Shown: positions 1 to 12,329 of the stretch, piece by piece
Layout: each line of letters opens with the position of its first letter
Position numbering within the stretch: position 1 is the first letter of the stretch
DNA from: an uncultured Candidatus Rokubacteria bacterium
Lineage (GTDB): Bacteria > Methylomirabilota > Methylomirabilia > Rokubacteriales > CSP1-6
Assembly: GCA_963789955.1 (NCBI GenBank)
Contig: CAWBMV010000034.1
Location: 256,001 to 320,000, forward strand
Length of the DNA stretch: 64,000 nt
Direction: 5' to 3'
Made by a program: the position numbers and the translations under genes
Notes under the pieces: generated by a model
The model's input: the letters and a program-made list of their open reading frames with translations, nothing else
What the model was told of the DNA's origin: nothing
Database searches by the model: none

Positions 1-936
1 ATGTTCGCCGCGGTCGGCGTGGGCGCGTACGCCGCCGGCATCTTTCATCTGGTCACCCACGCCTTCTTCAAGGCGCTCCTGTTCCTCGGCGCCGGTAGCG
101 TCATCCACGGCCTCGGCGGCGAGCAGGATCTGAGGAAGATGGGCGGTCTTTCGTCTCGGATGGTCGCGACGACGATCACCACGACGATCGGCGGGCTCGG
201 ACTCGCCGGCATGCCGGGGCTCGCCGGCTTCTTCTCGAAGGACGAAATCCTGGCGGCCGCCTACGGCAGCGGCCACAAGGGGATCTGGGCGCTCCTGCTG
301 CTGGGCGCCTTTCTGACGTCGTTCTATACCGCCCGGATGCTGTTCCTGGCCTTCTACAGCGGCCCGCGGATGAGCAAGGAAGCGGCCCACCACGTCCACG
401 AGTCGCCCGGGGTGATGACCTTCCCCCTCTGGATCCTGGCGCTGCTGACGGTGATCACCGGCATCGCGTTCGGCATTCCGTCCGATCACGGGACGCGGTT
501 CGAGCGGTTCCTGGCGCCGGTGTTCCCGATTCACGAGAGTGGGCACAGCGGCGCGGTCGCGCTGATGCTGCTCGTCTCCGCGGTCGCGGTGTTCGTGGCC
601 GGCGTCATGGTCGCGTGGTTCATGTACATGGCCACGGCCGTGCGGCCCGACACGATCGGGCGGCCGCGGACGCCGATCCACGCGCTCCTGCTCAACGCCT
701 ACTACGTCGACGCGATCTACGATCGCGCGATCGTGCGCCCGCTGCTGGCGCTCTCCCGATTCCTGGCCGACGTCTTCGACGTGCGACTGATCGACGGGCT
801 CGTCAATCTGCTGGGCCGCGCGGTCGTCGCCAGCGCCTCGGGGCTCCGTCGGCTCCAGACCGGCTATACCGTCAACTACGCGCTGACGATGCTGGCCGGC
901 GCGGTCGCCATCGTGGCGTTCCTGCTCGCGCGATGA
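1..936 (+). CDS. nuoL: NADH-quinone oxidoreductase subunit L (5'-partial)
   Basis: FHLVTHAFFKALLFL and GFFSKDEIL motifs; precedes nuoM with ATGA overlap. Confidence 0.95.
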   Translation: MFAAVGVGAYAAGIFHLVTHAFFKALLFLGAGSVIHGLGGEQDLRKMGGLSSRMVATTITTTIGGLGLAGMPGLAGFFSKDEILAAAYGSGHKGIWALLLLGAFLTSFYTARMLFLAFYSGPRMSKEAAHHVHESPGVMTFPLWILALLTVITGIAFGIPSDHGTRFERFLAPVFPIHESGHSGAVALMLLVSAVAVFVAGVMVAWFMYMATAVRPDTIGRPRTPIHALLLNAYYVDAIYDRAIVRPLLALSRFLADVFDVRLIDGLVNLLGRAVVASASGLRRLQTGYTVNYALTMLAGAVAIVAFLLAR

Positions 937-2437
937 CCGCGCTCCCGCTCGTCTCGGTCGTCACGTTTCTTCCGGCTCTCGCCGGGCTCGTCCTGCTGCT
1001 GGTGCCGCGGCTCTCTGCCGGCGTGCTGCGCGCCGTCTCGCTGGCGGCGGCCGTGATCACGTTCGTGCTGTCGCTCCCGCTCTACTTCGGCTTCGACGCC
1101 GAGATCATCGGCTATCAGTTCGAGGAGTCCCGGCGCTGGATGCCGACGCTCGGGGTGACCTACCACGTGGGGGTCGACGGCATCAGTCTCCTGCTGGTGC
1201 TCCTGACGACCTTCCTGATGCCGCTGGCGCTGGCGTCGGCGTGGGGCTCCATCGAGGACCGGGTCAAAGAGTTCGTGGCGACGATGCTGATTCTCGAGAC
1301 CGGGATGCTCGGCGTCTTCGTGAGCCTCGACCTCTTCCTCTTCTATGTCTTCTGGGAGGCGATGCTGATCCCGATGTACTTCGTCATCGGGGTCTGGGGC
1401 GGACCGAATCGGATCTATGCGGCGGTGAAGTTCGTGCTGTACACGATGGTCGGCTCTGTCCTGATGCTGGTCGCGATCCTGGCCCTCTACTATCAGTACG
1501 GCGCCGCGACCGGACGGTACACGTTCGACCTGCCGCTGCTCGCGCAGTACGTGATGGCGCCCGGCCGCGCCCAGAACCTCATGTTCCTGGCCTTCGCCCT
1601 GGCCTTCGCGATCAAGGTGCCGCTGTTTCCGTTCCACACCTGGCTGCCCGACGCCCACGTCGAGGCGCCGACCGCCGGCAGCGTGATCCTGGCCGGCGTC
1701 CTCTTGAAGATGGGAACGTACGGCTTCCTGCGTTTCTGCCTGCCGCTGTTCCCGGACGCGAGCCTCCGGTTCGGGCCGCTGGTCTTCACGCTCGCGGTGA
1801 TCGGCGTGATCTACGGCGCGTGGGTGTCGACGGTCCAGCCCGACATGAAGAAGCTCGTGGCCTACTCGAGCGTGAGCCATCTGGGCTTCGTGATGCTCGG
1901 CATCTTCACGCTCAACCAGCAGGGGCTCGTGGGCGGCCTCTCCAGATGGTGAACCACGGGCTCTCGACCGGCGCGCTCTTCCTGATGGTCGGGATGATCT
2001 ACGAGCGGCGCCACTCGCGGCTCATCGCCGACTTCGGCGGCCTCTGGCAAGTCATCCCGGCCTTTTCGGCGCTGTTCCTGGTCGTCACGCTGTCGTCGCT
2101 CGGACTGCCCGGGTTGAACGGATTCGTCGGCGAGTTCTTGATCTTGCTCGGCGCCTTCCAGCGCAACCCGTGGATGGCGGCGCTGGCGACCACCGGGATC
2201 ATCTTCGCCGCGGTCTACATGCTCTGGATGTATCAGCGCGTGGTGTTCGGCGAGGTCACGCGAGACGCGAACCGACGGCTCGCCGACCTCACGACGCGTG
2301 AGTGGGCGCTGCTCGTGCCGGTCCTGGCGCTCATCGTGTGGATCGGCGTCTACCCGGCGGCCTTCACCGGCAAGACGGAGACCACGATCGAGGCGCTGAT
2401 CTCCCAGATCCAGAGCAAGACCGCCGCGAATCGCTGA
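933..2437 (+). CDS. nuoM: NADH-quinone oxidoreductase subunit M (frameshift near 1945, likely sequencing error)
   Basis: GVDGISLLL, FYVFWEAMLIP, HTWLPDAHVEAPTAGS; continues in second frame as QMVNHGLSTGALF. Confidence 0.93.
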
Positions 2438-2439
2438 CC

Positions 2440-3895
2440 ATGGATACCATCGTCCTCCCGCCAGTCCTCCTCGGTCCGCTGGCGCCCACCCTGGTGGTGC
2501 TGGCCGCCGGCGCGCTCGTCCTGGCGCTCGACCTCCTGCCGCGCGCGCTTCCGCGCGAGTTCCCGGCGATGGTCGCGCTCGCGGGGATGGTCGGGGCGCT
2601 CCTGGCGACCCTGGCGCGCTGGAGCTCGCCGGGCCGCGCGTTCCGCGACATGGTCGTGCTCGACAACTTCGCGCTCTTTTTCAACATCATCATCTGCTAC
2701 GCCGGCGCGCTCATCGTGCTGCTCTCGATGGACTACCTGCGGCGCGACCGGCGCCGAGTCCGGCGAGTACTGGGCGCTCGTGCTGTTCTCGACCGCGGGC
2801 ATGATGCTGCTCGCCGCCGCCGGCGATCTGATCGTCGTGTTCCTGGCCCTCGAGCTCATGTCGCTCTCGCTCTACGTGCTGGCGGGGCTCTTCAAGCGTG
2901 AGCTGTCCTCGGGCGAGGCGGCGATGAAGTATTTCCTGCTGGGCGCGTTCGCCTCGTCGTTCCTGCTCTACGGCATCGCGCTGATCTACGGCGCCACCGG
3001 GACGACGAACCTCGACCGCATCGCCGCGGCCATCGCCTCGCGGCCGCGCGATCCGCTGTTCGTCATCGGGCTCGGCCTCATGATGGTGGGCTTCGGGTTC
3101 AAGATCTCCTCGGTCCCGTTTCACATGTGGGTGCCCGACGTCTACCAGGGCGCGCCGACGAGCGTGACCGCGCTGATCGCGACCGGTTCGAAGGCCGGCG
3201 CCTTCGCGGCGCTGATCCGGGTGCTGACGGTGACCCTGCGCGGCGTGCCGCCCGACTGGGCGGCGCTGCTCTGGGTGATGGCGGCCGTCACGATGACGGT
3301 CGGCAACATCGTGGCGCTCGCCCAGTCGAACCTCAAGCGGATGCTCGCCTACTCGTCGATCGCGCACGTCGGCTACATGCTGGTCGGCCTGGTCGCGGGG
3401 GGCGTGGGCGGCGCGAGCTCGGTGCTCTTCTATCTGCTGACCTACACCTTCACGACCGCCGGCGCCTTCGGGGTCATCACGCTCTGCGAGCGCGCGCGCG
3501 GCGAGGCGGTCGAGGTCGCCGACTACGCCGGGCTCGCGCGGCGCCATCCGCTGCTGGCGGCGGCGCTCGGCCTCTTCCTGCTCTCGCTGGTCGGCATTCC
3601 CCCGCTGGCCGGGTTCGTCGGAAAGTTCTACGTGTTCGGCGCCGCCGTGCGCGCGGGCTATTTCTGGCTCGCGGTCATCGGCGTGCTCAACTCGGCGGCG
3701 GCGGCCTACTATTACCTCCGGATCATCGTCTACATGTACATGCGCGAGCCCGAGGGAACCGCGACCACCTACGCCTCGTCGTTCGCGGGCGGCCTCGCGC
3801 TGGCCATCGCGCTGCTCGCGATCGTGATCCTCGGCGTGATCCCGGCTCCCTTCGTCGACTTGGCCCAGGCCGCCGTCGCCCCGTTGCTCCGCTGA
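2440..3895 (+). CDS. nuoN: NADH-quinone oxidoreductase subunit N (frameshift near 2750)
   Basis: EAAMKYFLLGAFAS, FKISSVPFHMWVPDVYQGAP, KRMLAYSSIAH. Confidence 0.93.
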
Positions 3896-3908
3896 CCTGA
3901 GCATCGAA

Positions 3909-4695
3909 GTGCCGAGCTTCGCACTGGCGCAGCGCGGCTGGCTCTTCGATCTCGACGGCACGGTCTATCGCGGTGAAACGCTGATTCCCGGCGCCGACAC
4001 GACGATCGCCGCGCTCCGCGCGGCCGGGCGCCGCGTCGCCTTTCTCTCCAACAAGCCGCTCCAGACCCGCGCCGACTACGCCCAGAAGCTCACGCGCCTG
4101 GGCATCCCGACGCGGGAGGAGGACGTCGTCAACTCGTCGCTCGTGCTGGCGCGCCACCTGGCGCGCCTCGACGCGCGGGCGCCCGTGTTCGTCATCGGGG
4201 AGCCGCCCCTGGTCGCCGAGCTCGCGCGCCCACGGCTTCGAGGTGCGCGGCGACCATCGCGTCCGCTGGGTCGTGATCGCGTTCGATCGCACCTTCGACT
4301 ACGCGAAGCTGAACACGGCGCTGCAGGCCGTACGGCACGGCGCCCGGCTGATCGCGACGAATCCTGACCGGACGTGCCCCACCGAGGACGGCGAGATTCC
4401 CGACTGCGCGGGCATGACGGCCGCCGTCGAGGCGGTGACCGGGCACACGGTCGAGGTCATCGTCGGCAAGCCTTCGCCGATCATCCTCGAGGTCGCGCTC
4501 GAGCGGCTGGGCGTCGAGGCGCGCGAGTGCGTGATCGTCGGCGACCGGATCGAGACCGATATCGTCATGGGCAAGCGGCTCGGCCTGGCCACGGTGCTGG
4601 TGCTCACCGGCATCACCGCGGCGGGCGACGCGCGCATCGCCGACACGGCGCCCGACCTCGTCGTCCCGTCGATCCGGGACCTCGTCACGTCATAG
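3909..4695 (+). CDS. HAD-superfamily IIA hydrolase, NagD-like (frameshift near 4225)
   Basis: FDLDGTVY, LSN, ATNPD, GKPSP, VGDRIETDI, LVLTG motifs across two frames. Confidence 0.88.
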
Positions 4696-4700
4696 CCCTA

Positions 4701-4736
4701 CCTCGGCCGGCGGGGCCCAGCCCCGCGACGGCCTGC
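4701..4736 (+). repeat. REP-like hairpin repeat, copy 1 (partial extra copy at 4762-4776)
   Basis: CCTCGGCCGGCGGGGCCCAGCCCCGCGACGGCCTGC matches copies at 6503, 25416, 37698. Confidence 0.85.
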
Positions 4737-4859
4737 CGACGCGAACGACTCGTTGGTCGTCGCGCCTCGGCCGGCGAGCTACGATGGTTGACGGCTGTCG
4801 TGGCCGGGCAGTACGGTGATGACTGGCGCCGCTCGGGTGGCGCCCGAGGGAGCGAGCGA

Positions 4860-6497
4860 TTGATCAAAACGGTGCAGGGACGTCCCTGGCCGCTCGAGGA
4901 CGCGGAGTACGACGTCGTCATCGTCGGCGGCGGGATGGCCGGCGCCGGCGTCGCGCGCGAGCTGGCGCTGCGCGGCGTGTCGGTCGCCCTCGTCGAGAAG
5001 GGCGACTTCGCCTCGGCGACGACCTCGCAGTCCTCGAAGCTCATCCACGGCGGACTCCGCTACCTCGAGCTGTTCGACTTCGGCCTCGTGCGCGAGTCGC
5101 TCCGGGAGCGCGAGACCTTGCGGCGCCTGGCGCCCCATCTCGTACGGCCGCTGCCGTTCCTGGTGCCGATCTACCGCGATTCGTCGCGGAGCCTGATCAA
5201 GGTCCGCATCGGGCTGAAGCTCTACGACTGGCTCACGCCCGGTCGCACGCGCGAGCGCTATCGGGTTCTGCCCGCGGTCGACGCGCTCTCGCTCGAGCCG
5301 GCGCTGCGGGCCGGCAACCTTCGCGGCGCCGGCTACTACTTCGACGACCTGCTGATTTTCCCCGAGCGCCTCTGCCTCGAGAACATCCTCTCGGCCTGCC
5401 GCCTCGGCGCGCGGGCGTTCAACTACACGCAGGTGGCCGAGATCGTGCGGGACAAGCGCGGCGCGATCACCGGCGTCCGCGCGCGTGATCTGCTGACCGG
5501 CAAGGTCGCGACCCTGGGCGCGCGGGTCGTGGTCAATGCGACCGGACCCTGGGTGGACGAGCTCCGCGCGGCGGCCGGGGTGTCCGAGCGAGGCCCGCAG
5601 ATTCTCCGGCGGACGAAGGGCATCCACTGTCTCCTGCCGCGGCTCACCGATCGCGCGATCTATCACTCGACCCGCGACGACCGCATGATCTTCGTGATCC
5701 CGTGGCGCGAGTTCTCGCTGATCGGCGCGACCGACACCGACTTCAACGGGGACCTCGAGCGCCTGCACGCGACCGGCGACGAGGTCGCGTACCTCCTGGG
5801 CGAGGTGCGCAAGGTCCTGCCCGACCCGCGCGTCGTCCTGGACGAGGTCGTCTACACCTACGCCGGCGTGCGGCCGCTCTCGTTCGAGAAGGGCAAGCGT
5901 GAATCGGACGTCTCGCGCGCGCACAAGGTCGTGGCCGAGGAGCGCGGGCGCTTCCTGTCGATCACCGGCACCAAGCTCACGTGCTTCCGGAGCCTCGCGG
6001 AGGAGCTGGGCGACCAGGTCCTGGCCACCCTCGGCCGTCGCGCCGCGAGCCGGAGCGACCGGATCGCGCTCGACGGCACCGACGACGAGGCGCCGCGGAC
6101 CGAGGCGCACGCCTGGCTCGACGTGTCCGGCGAGGTCGCGGCCACCGGACTCGGCCGTGCCACGCTCGAGACCCTCGTGTCGACGTACGGCCGCGGCTGG
6201 ACGCGCGTGCTCGCGCTCGCCGGCAAGGTGGCCGGCGGCACCGAGCGGCTGTGCCCCTCGAACCCCGACATCGTGGCCGAGCTGCACCACGCGGTGCAGG
6301 ACGAGATGGCGGTCTCGCTGCAAGACGTGATGCTGCGGCGCACGGGCGTCGGCACCAGCCGCTGCCAGGGTGAGGACTGCGCGGAGTCGATCGGGCAGCG
6401 CATGGCCCAGCTCCTCGGCTGGACGCCGCGCCGGCTCGACGCGGAGCTCGAGGCCTATCACGCACACGTCGCGCGCTCGCACAAGTTCCGGACGTAG
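4860..6497 (+). CDS. glpD: FAD-dependent glycerol-3-phosphate dehydrogenase (start approximate)
   Basis: DVVIVGGGMAGAGVA, TSQSSKLIHGGLRYLE, NATGPWVD, YAGVRPL. Confidence 0.92.
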   Translation: MIKTVQGRPWPLEDAEYDVVIVGGGMAGAGVARELALRGVSVALVEKGDFASATTSQSSKLIHGGLRYLELFDFGLVRESLRERETLRRLAPHLVRPLPFLVPIYRDSSRSLIKVRIGLKLYDWLTPGRTRERYRVLPAVDALSLEPALRAGNLRGAGYYFDDLLIFPERLCLENILSACRLGARAFNYTQVAEIVRDKRGAITGVRARDLLTGKVATLGARVVVNATGPWVDELRAAAGVSERGPQILRRTKGIHCLLPRLTDRAIYHSTRDDRMIFVIPWREFSLIGATDTDFNGDLERLHATGDEVAYLLGEVRKVLPDPRVVLDEVVYTYAGVRPLSFEKGKRESDVSRAHKVVAEERGRFLSITGTKLTCFRSLAEELGDQVLATLGRRAASRSDRIALDGTDDEAPRTEAHAWLDVSGEVAATGLGRATLETLVSTYGRGWTRVLALAGKVAGGTERLCPSNPDIVAELHHAVQDEMAVSLQDVMLRRTGVGTSRCQGEDCAESIGQRMAQLLGWTPRRLDAELEAYHAHVARSHKFRT

Positions 6498-6502
6498 TGG
6501 TC

Positions 6503-6554
6503 GTGCGCGCCGCACGGTCGTCGCGGGGCTGGGGCCCCGCCGGCCGAGGCGCGC
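6503..6554 (-). repeat. REP-like hairpin repeat, copy 2 (reverse orientation)
   Basis: ...GTCGCGGGGCTGGGGCCCCGCCGGCCGAGGCGCGC is the reverse complement of the copy at 25416. Confidence 0.85.
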
Positions 6555-6619
6555 TTCTAAGTTGCCGTGCTCGCCTCTCAACCGTCATCGCGGCGTCACC
6601 GAGCCGTCGCGACCGCGTG

Positions 6620-6628
6620 TGCTATAGT
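6620..6628 (+). promoter_or_regulatory. Putative extended -10 promoter for ugp operon
   Basis: TGCTATAGT (TGn-TATAGT) about 75 nt upstream of ugpB start; GGAGG RBS before the ATG. Confidence 0.55.
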
Positions 6629-6703
6629 GCGGCGCACCTGGCACGGATGATTCCCCGCACGAAGCGCGCCGGCTCAACTCGACGGACAACAATGGAGGCT
6701 CTC

Positions 6704-8013
6704 ATGAAGCCCTCGATCTTGCGCGTGCTCGTCGCGACGGTGCTCCTCGTCGCGCTACCGGCCTCGGCGATCGCCGCGACCGAGATCCAGTTCTGGCACG
6801 CGATGACGGCGGTGCTCGGCGAGCGGGTCAACGACATCGCCGCCAAGTTCAACGCCTCGCAGAGCGAGTACGTCGTGAAGGCGGTCCACAAGGGCTCGTA
6901 CCCGGAGACGCTCAACGCCGCGGTCGCCGCCTATCGGGCCAAGCAGCCGCCGCACATCGTCCAGGTGTACGAGGTCGGTACGCAGACGATGCTGTCGTCG
7001 GGCGCGGTGTATCCCGGTGTACCAGCTCATGAAGGACAACGGGATCGCGATCGACTGGAACGATCTGATCGGACCGGTGAAGAGCTACTACTCGACCGGC
7101 GGCAACCTCTACTCGATGGCGTTCAACTCGTCGACGCCGATCCTCTTCTACAACAAGGATCTCTTCAAGAAGGCGGGCCTCGCCGACAAGGCGCCGACGA
7201 CCTGGGACGAGGTCGAGGGGATGGCGAAGAAGCTCCAGGCCGCCGGAGTGAAGTGCGCGTTCAGCTCGGCGTGGCCGTCGTGGGTGCTGGTCGAGAACAT
7301 GCACGGCTATCACGATCAGCCCTTCGCCGATCACAGCAACGGCTTCGACGGTCTGGCGACCACGCTCAAGATCAACGGCCCGTTCGGCGTCAAGATGATG
7401 GAGCTCCTGGCGCGCGGCGCCAAGGAAGGCTGGTTCATGTACGGCGGGCGGGCTCAACAAGGCCGAGGCGCTCATGACCGCCGGTGAGTGCGGGATCTTC
7501 ACCACGTCGTCGGCCTACATCGGCAACCTCACGCGCGCCGCGGAGGGCAAGTTCGCGTGGGGCACCGGGTTCCTGCCGCGCCTGGCCGGCTACCCGCAGG
7601 GCAACTCGATCATCGGCGGCGCCACGCTCTGGGTCATGAAGGGCGCCAAGCCCGAGGAGTACAAGGGCGTCGCGCAGTTCTTCAAGTACCTCGCCTCGAC
7701 CGAGAACCAGGCGTGGTGGGCGGGCGTGACGGGCTACTTGCCGCTCACCAACGCCGCGGCCAAGGCGATGGAGGCCTCGGGCCACTACGCGAAGAACCCG
7801 AACCAGAAGACCGCCGTGAACCAGATGAACTCCGGCAAGACGACGCCGAACAGCCAGGGGATCCGGCTCGGGAACTTCAACTCGGTCCGCGACGCGATCG
7901 AGGAGCAGATGGAGTACATCTTCAGCGGCAACAAGACGGCCAAGCAGGGCCTCGACGACGCGGTGGCGAAGGGAAACGAGATCCTGAAGGAGTTCGCGGC
8001 CCTCTACAAGTAG
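6704..8013 (+). CDS. ugpB: sn-glycerol-3-phosphate ABC transporter substrate-binding protein (frameshifts near 7015 and 7460)
   Basis: Signal peptide then TEIQFWHAM, PHIVQVYEVGT, FNSSTPILFYNKD, PQGNSIIGGATLWV. Confidence 0.88.
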
Positions 8014-8026
8014 TCGGCTCCGGCGG

Positions 8027-8909
8027 ATGAAACGCACCGTCTTCCGCAATCGCTGGCTGCCCTACGCGCTCGTGGCGCCGCAGCTCGCCGTCACGGTCGT
8101 CTTCTTCTTCTGGCCGGCGTTCGACTCGCTGCGTCTGTCGCTCTACCGGGCGTCGCCGTTCGGCGACCGGATGATCTTCATCGGCGCCGGCAACTTCGAG
8201 CGGCTCCTCTCCGATCCGGCATACTTCCGGAGCGTCGCGACGAGCTTCCTCTTCTCGGCGCTCGTGACCGTCGCGGGCACTGGCGGTCGCGCTCCTGCTG
8301 GCGTCGCTCGCCAACGCGAAGATCCGTGGGCTCGCGATCTACCGGACGCTCCTGCTGTGGCCGTACGGGATCGCGCCGGCGATCGCCGGCGTCATCTGGA
8401 TGTTCGTCTTCCACCCGTCCTTCGGCGTCCTGCCGTACCTGCTCTCGTTCGTGACGACCTACCAGTTCAACTGGTTCTTGAAGGGCTGGGTGGCGCTGGT
8501 CCTGATCGTCGTCGCGGCGATCTACAAGCAGTTCGGCTACAACCTGGCCTTCTACCTCGCCGGGCTCCAGGCCATTCCGGGCTCGGTGCTCGAAGCGGCC
8601 AGCGTGGACGGAGCGGGGCCGATCCGGCGATTCTTCGCGATCACCTTCCCGCTGCTCTCGCCGGTCACCTTCTTCCTGTTCACGCTCAACATGACCTTCT
8701 CGTTCTTCGAGACCTTCGGCCTCGTCCACGCGGTGACGCAGGGCGGCCCGGGCGACGCGACGTCGATCCTGGTGTTCCGGGCGTGGAAAGACGGCTTCGA
8801 GGGACTCCAGCTCGGGTACTCGGCCGCGCAGTCGGTGATTCTCATGCTCCTGGTGATCGCGCTGACCGCGGTGCAGTTCCGCTTCGCGGAGAAGAAGGTC
8901 ACGTACTGA
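8027..8909 (+). CDS. ugpA: G3P ABC transporter permease UgpA (frameshift near 8280)
   Basis: [40 protein letters not shown] loop. Confidence 0.88.
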
Positions 8910-9805
8910 TGGCGTCCACCAGCTCGGTCGCCTCCGCCGGCGCCGTCGCCACCGCCGAGCTGGCGGGCGGACTGCCGGCCGCCCGGCGGCGCGACATGAG
9001 CGGCGTGATCGCCCACGCGATCCTCGTCGCCTCGGTGGTCGTGCTGGCGTTTCCGCTCTACTACGCGTTCGTCATCAGCACCCAGACGCTCGACGAGGTG
9101 ACGAGCCTGCCGCCGAAGCTCGTGCCCTCGACGCACATGCTGCAGAACTACGCCGACGCGTGGACGCGCGTGAAGATGGGACGGCTCCTCCTGAACAGCG
9201 CGATCGTCGCGCTCGCGGTCGCGTTCGGCAAGATCGGGATCTCGCTCCTGTCCGCGTTCGCGATCGTCTACTTCAACTTTCGCGGCAAGCAGCTCGTCTT
9301 CTGGATGATCTTCATCACCCTGATGCTCCCGGTGCCCGTGCGGATCGTGTCCACCTATCAGGTGGTCAGCGTCCTCGGCTGGGTCGACACGTACTGGGGG
9401 CTCACGGTGCCGCTGATGGCGTCGGCGACCGGCACCTTCCTGTTCCGCCAGTACTACCAGACCATCCCGGACTCGCTGGCCGAGGCGGCTCAGCTCGACG
9501 GCGCCGGCCCGCTGCGCTTCCTGTGGTCGTTCCTGCTGCCGCTGTCGAAGGCGAACATCGCCGCGCTCTTCGTCATCTTGTTCGTGTACGGATGGAACGA
9601 CTATCTGTGGCCGCTGATCGTGACGAACAGCCCGGAGATGCGGACGGCCGTGATCGGGATCGACTCGCTGATTCCCCGCACCTCGCAGCTGCCGGAGTGG
9701 AACGTGGCGATGGCGGCGGCGATGATGGTGCTGCTTCCCCCCGTCGTCGTGATCGTCGTGATGCAGCGGTGGTTCGTGAAAGGCCTGATCGAGACCGAGA
9801 AGTGA
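8909..9805 (+). CDS. ugpE: G3P ABC transporter permease UgpE
   Basis: [47 protein letters not shown]. Confidence 0.9.
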   Translation: MASTSSVASAGAVATAELAGGLPAARRRDMSGVIAHAILVASVVVLAFPLYYAFVISTQTLDEVTSLPPKLVPSTHMLQNYADAWTRVKMGRLLLNSAIVALAVAFGKIGISLLSAFAIVYFNFRGKQLVFWMIFITLMLPVPVRIVSTYQVVSVLGWVDTYWGLTVPLMASATGTFLFRQYYQTIPDSLAEAAQLDGAGPLRFLWSFLLPLSKANIAALFVILFVYGWNDYLWPLIVTNSPEMRTAVIGIDSLIPRTSQLPEWNVAMAAAMMVLLPPVVVIVVMQRWFVKGLIETEK

Positions 9806-10563
9806 CACGGATCGCGGCGCATCGCGGCGGCGCGGCCCTCTGGCCCGAGAACAGCCTCCTCGCGTTCCAGAGCGCGATCGCGCTGGGCAGCGACCTCCTC
9901 GAATTCGACGTGCACATGACCCGCGACCGCGCCGTCGCGGTGATCCACGACGCCACGCTCGAGCGCACGACCGACGGCTCGGGCGCGGTCGCGTCCTCGA
10001 CGGCCGCCGACCTCGGCCGCCTCCGGCTGCGCGGACCGGACAAGGTTTTCAGCGGCGAGCACGTGCCGACCCTGGACGAAGTGCTCGCCCTCGTGTCGGC
10101 GGCACCGGCGCCCGTGGGGCTGCTCATCGAGGTGAAGGCGCCCGCGGCCGGCGCTCGATACGAGGGACTCGAAGAGCTGATCCTGGCCGCGCTCGCGCGG
10201 TCGGGGCTCCAGGCGCGCGCCACCGTCATGGCGTTCGACCCCCGTGTGCTCGCGCGCGTGCGCGAGCTCGCGCCGCGAGCCCGCACGACGCTCCTGATCG
10301 AGCGCGCCGGCCTCGGCTGGGTCGGCGCGCGCCCCGAGCAGCTTCTCGACTGGGCCGCGGCGGCCGGCGCCACCGACCTCGGTCTGGACTACACCCTGGT
10401 CGACGAGCCGCTGGTCGCGGCGGCGCACGCCGCAAACCTCGCGCTCGGCGTCTGGACGGTGAACGACCCGGAGGCCATTCGGCGGATGCTGGATCTCGGC
10501 GTCGATATCATCACCAGCGATCGCCCCGATCTGGCCAAGCGCCTGCAGCGAGGCGGCGTCGTG
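9802..10563 (+). CDS. Glycerophosphodiester phosphodiesterase (UgpQ/GlpQ family); as assembled reads in frame into glpK
   Basis: [43 protein letters not shown]. Confidence 0.88.
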
Positions 10564-12066
<1,503 letters not shown>

Positions 12067-12218
12067 AGGCTACTTTTGTCGACGACCGGCGAATGCCGGC
12101 GTGTACTGTAAGTGCGCGATGCGTTCTGGAGACGACACGTACGTCTGCGCTGCTGCTGGATAGACCCATAGAAGAGTGAACCGGGCGAAACCGGATAGAC
12201 GATCCGGAGGAGACGGCC

Positions 12219-12317
12219 ATGCATAAGAGGAATCGCAGGAAGACCGCGCGCCGACGCGCCGCGTTCAAGAAGAAGCAGAAGAAGCGCCGTGAGCGCGCCG
12301 CCGGCAAGGGTCGCTGA
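12219..12317 (+). CDS. 32-aa highly basic peptide MHKRNRRKTARRRAAFKKKQKKRRERAAGKGR (below ORF-track cutoff)
   Basis: GGAGGAG RBS at 12206-12212, ATG 12219, TGA 12315-12317, GC-ending codons typical of neighbours. Confidence 0.65.
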   Translation: MHKRNRRKTARRRAAFKKKQKKRRERAAGKGR

Positions 12318-12329
12318 CGGAGACGACCG

